IMG/VR virus record: IMGVR_UViG_3300020413_000071
Span: 1 to 25,504 of that record
Strand: one strand, 5' to 3'
DNA: 25,504 bases
From: a virus
Lineage: Duplodnaviria; Caudoviricetes
Every line of letters begins with the position of its first letter. Within the stretch, counting starts at the first letter, position 1. The notes beneath the pieces were generated by a model. The model had not been told where the DNA came from. It saw nothing but the letters and a program-made list of their open reading frames with translations, and did no database searches. The position numbers and the translations under genes are program-made. Shown here one piece after another: positions 23,386 to 25,504 of the stretch.

Positions 23386-25431
23386 ATGAACCCTAAAAAT
23401 TCACAAGATTTATTCAATAAAATAAGATCTCAATTCTCAAACATTAGACTTGGAGACGAGAACGGGGCCGCTACAGCAGATCCGGGCAGTGCTGTATTCT
23501 TTGAGTTTGAATTTAGAGAAGATTCAGATACATTTGGTGCAGTAAGCATCAGTCTTGCAGACGGTGAGAACATGAAAGTTTACTACAACAGAGATCTCGT
23601 CAACAAAATTGACGAGGACAGCAAGGATGAATGGTATGCATTCCTTAAGGAGTTAAAAGACTTCGCTGTGGAGCATCAACTACGTTTTGATGTGAGAGAT
23701 ATCACTAAAAACAACCTAACGAAGCAGGATTATGAAAATCTTGCAGATACGAACAAAACGGTAAATACTGACGAAATGTCGGAAGAACTAGCAAGAATAA
23801 CAAAATTAGCAGGTGTCACAGAAGGCTTAACAGGCACGGCTAAACGTTCATACGAGAGTCTAGACAAAACAAAATTAATAATTAGACATTCAGGCTCGGT
23901 TGACGAAAATGTTCCTGGTGCAAGATCAAGACAGATACAATCGTTATACATCGAAAATGAAGATGGCGAGAGATTCAAGTATCCGATGACACACCTGGCA
24001 GGTGCGAGGGCAATGACAAGGCACGTTGCCAACGGTGGGAGACCACATGATGAGTTCGGCGAACACATTATACAGACATCAGAGGACATAGCTAAACTTA
24101 ATTCATTTTCAAGATATGTTTCAAACAAGGACCAACTCAACGACAACGCAGGTGACATCATAGAGCAAACAAAACTAAAATTAGAAAATTTAAGAGAATA
24201 CATGAGAAACCTGTCTAAACAATCTCATTACGAGAACGCAAGTAAAGATTTCAAAACAGCAGAAGAAGTTGTGCTGGATGATGAGACTGCAAATTCATAC
24301 AAAGACAAGTTCACAATGAAAAACTTTGACAGCAGAGTCGAAGAAGCATTGCCATTGATTCACAAGATCATGAGTGAACTAGAAAATACACCTAAAGAAG
24401 AACAAGTAAACGAACTTGAGCCAGATGCAGAGCCAATTGACGCACCAATAGAACCACCGGTAGATCACGCACCAATCGTGCAAAGTTTCTTGACAGATCC
24501 TGACAAAAAATTAGTTTTAAGAAAAGATGACAGTGCAGATAAAATGTTAAAAGTAACAAAATTTACAGATAAGAACACAATGTTAAGTTCAATACTTTCT
24601 GACATAGCGTCAAGATTGCTTACAAAGTCAGGTCAAGAAGACCGGGTGGCAAACTTTGCTTCGAGAGTGGCAGATGAGATGGAGCAGGAAAAAACAGCAA
24701 CATTTAAACCAACACCAGACTATATAAAGAACAAAAAAATTGCAATACAGTTGGCTAAAAGATACATCGATGACTACAAGAAAATGCAGGCAGATCCAGA
24801 ATACGGTAAAGAAATAAGAATGGAGCCAGGAGCATTTGCACCTAAAAAAGATTTAAAAGGCAAAGCAAAAGAACAAGAAGCATTTGAAAATTGGGTAAGC
24901 AACGTTGGTGAGGCAACAATCAAACCTTATGTCAGTATGTACAAAGGTGAAGATGGTAAAATGGTTTATGATGTTTTAGATAAAGATAGTAAATCAGCGT
25001 TTAAAAGTAATGACATGGAAGCGGCACAAGAATATCTAAGTCAAAATTATGACAAGTTAAGGGAGTACGCAACCGAGCCAAAGCAAGATCCTGAAATAGA
25101 AAAAAAAGATAAAGAAAACGCTACTAAAAAACTAGACGTTACACCAGCAGACAAGATGATGAACACAACTGCATACAAGAGAATGCAGGCAGGAGACCCA
25201 ACATACGCAGACAAAACAAAAACAGAAGGCAATGCATTTGCTCAAGCAGTGCAGAAAGCCAAAGCGGCTGGTATGAAAAAAGGTGACAAGTTCAAAGTAG
25301 GCGACGAAGAATACACACTTCAAGATGCCATAGAACTTGCTGGTATGCAATTAGAGGATTTCTTCTCAGAAGAAGAACAAGCATACGACAACCAAATTGA
25401 CAGAATCAAAAACCTAGCATTTTACCAATAA
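23386..25431 (+). CDS. Large acidic hypothetical protein (681 aa), probably a processed head protein
   Basis: Late promoter at 23374-79. Several (V/L)xE-G/A-type sites and three xxLA(G) motifs, with modular low-complexity C-terminal segments. Confidence 0.75.
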   Translation: MNPKNSQDLFNKIRSQFSNIRLGDENGAATADPGSAVFFEFEFREDSDTFGAVSISLADGENMKVYYNRDLVNKIDEDSKDEWYAFLKELKDFAVEHQLRFDVRDITKNNLTKQDYENLADTNKTVNTDEMSEELARITKLAGVTEGLTGTAKRSYESLDKTKLIIRHSGSVDENVPGARSRQIQSLYIENEDGERFKYPMTHLAGARAMTRHVANGGRPHDEFGEHIIQTSEDIAKLNSFSRYVSNKDQLNDNAGDIIEQTKLKLENLREYMRNLSKQSHYENASKDFKTAEEVVLDDETANSYKDKFTMKNFDSRVEEALPLIHKIMSELENTPKEEQVNELEPDAEPIDAPIEPPVDHAPIVQSFLTDPDKKLVLRKDDSADKMLKVTKFTDKNTMLSSILSDIASRLLTKSGQEDRVANFASRVADEMEQEKTATFKPTPDYIKNKKIAIQLAKRYIDDYKKMQADPEYGKEIRMEPGAFAPKKDLKGKAKEQEAFENWVSNVGEATIKPYVSMYKGEDGKMVYDVLDKDSKSAFKSNDMEAAQEYLSQNYDKLREYATEPKQDPEIEKKDKENATKKLDVTPADKMMNTTAYKRMQAGDPTYADKTKTEGNAFAQAVQKAKAAGMKKGDKFKVGDEEYTLQDAIELAGMQLEDFFSEEEQAYDNQIDRIKNLAFYQ

Positions 25432-25437
25432 TAGTAG

Positions 25438-25466
25438 TAGACATTAGATAAATATAGTTGTATATT
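25438..25466 (+). promoter_or_regulatory. Overlapping sigma70-like and late promoters for the next gene (outside the window)
   Basis: TAGACA (25438-43), 17-nt spacer, TATATT (25461-66), with TAAATA nested at 25449-54. Confidence 0.5.
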
Positions 25467-25504
25467 ACGTACTATATGTCTAATATACATTTAGGCACAA
25501 ACAA

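Noticed and set aside
13984-25350. Short antisense and alternate-frame ORFs within sheath, gp54-like, TerL and 681-aa genes
   Set aside because: Fully nested in well-supported genes, with no independent expression signals or protein motifs
1-25504. Stop-codon reassignment (alternative genetic code)
   Set aside because: Conserved genes are full length in the standard code, and TAA, TAG and TGA all appear as plausible gene ends

Overview
Virion morphogenesis region of a large T4-like (contractile-tail) dsDNA phage with AT-rich DNA, possibly marine (inference). The window opens on the last codons of the major capsid gene. It then carries a sulfotransferase-like gene, small membrane and structural genes, three repeat-rich tail-fibre/appendage-like genes, and a minus-strand block (gp14-like neck, gp15-like tail terminator, Nudix hydrolase) divergent from a gp13-like neck gene. 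These are followed by dNMP kinase, a degenerate HNH/Zn protein, a very long tail sheath, tail tube, gp54-like protein, gp4 head-completion nuclease, putative TerS, probable protease-processed head proteins, TerL and a large acidic protein. The most notable unannotated signals are three. (i) A ~78-nt four-way-junction RNA leader (1235-1312) starts at the predicted late start site and has alternative SD/anti-SD pairing. (ii) T4-type late promoters (TAAATA) sit 4-8 nt before ATG with no Shine-Dalgarno in 11 genes, implying widespread leaderless translation. (iii) Several acidic proteins share capsid-targeting, protease-site and 'xxLAG' motifs. No tRNA, rRNA, CRISPR array, integrase or reverse transcriptase was seen. 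All family assignments come from motif recognition by eye, not database searches.
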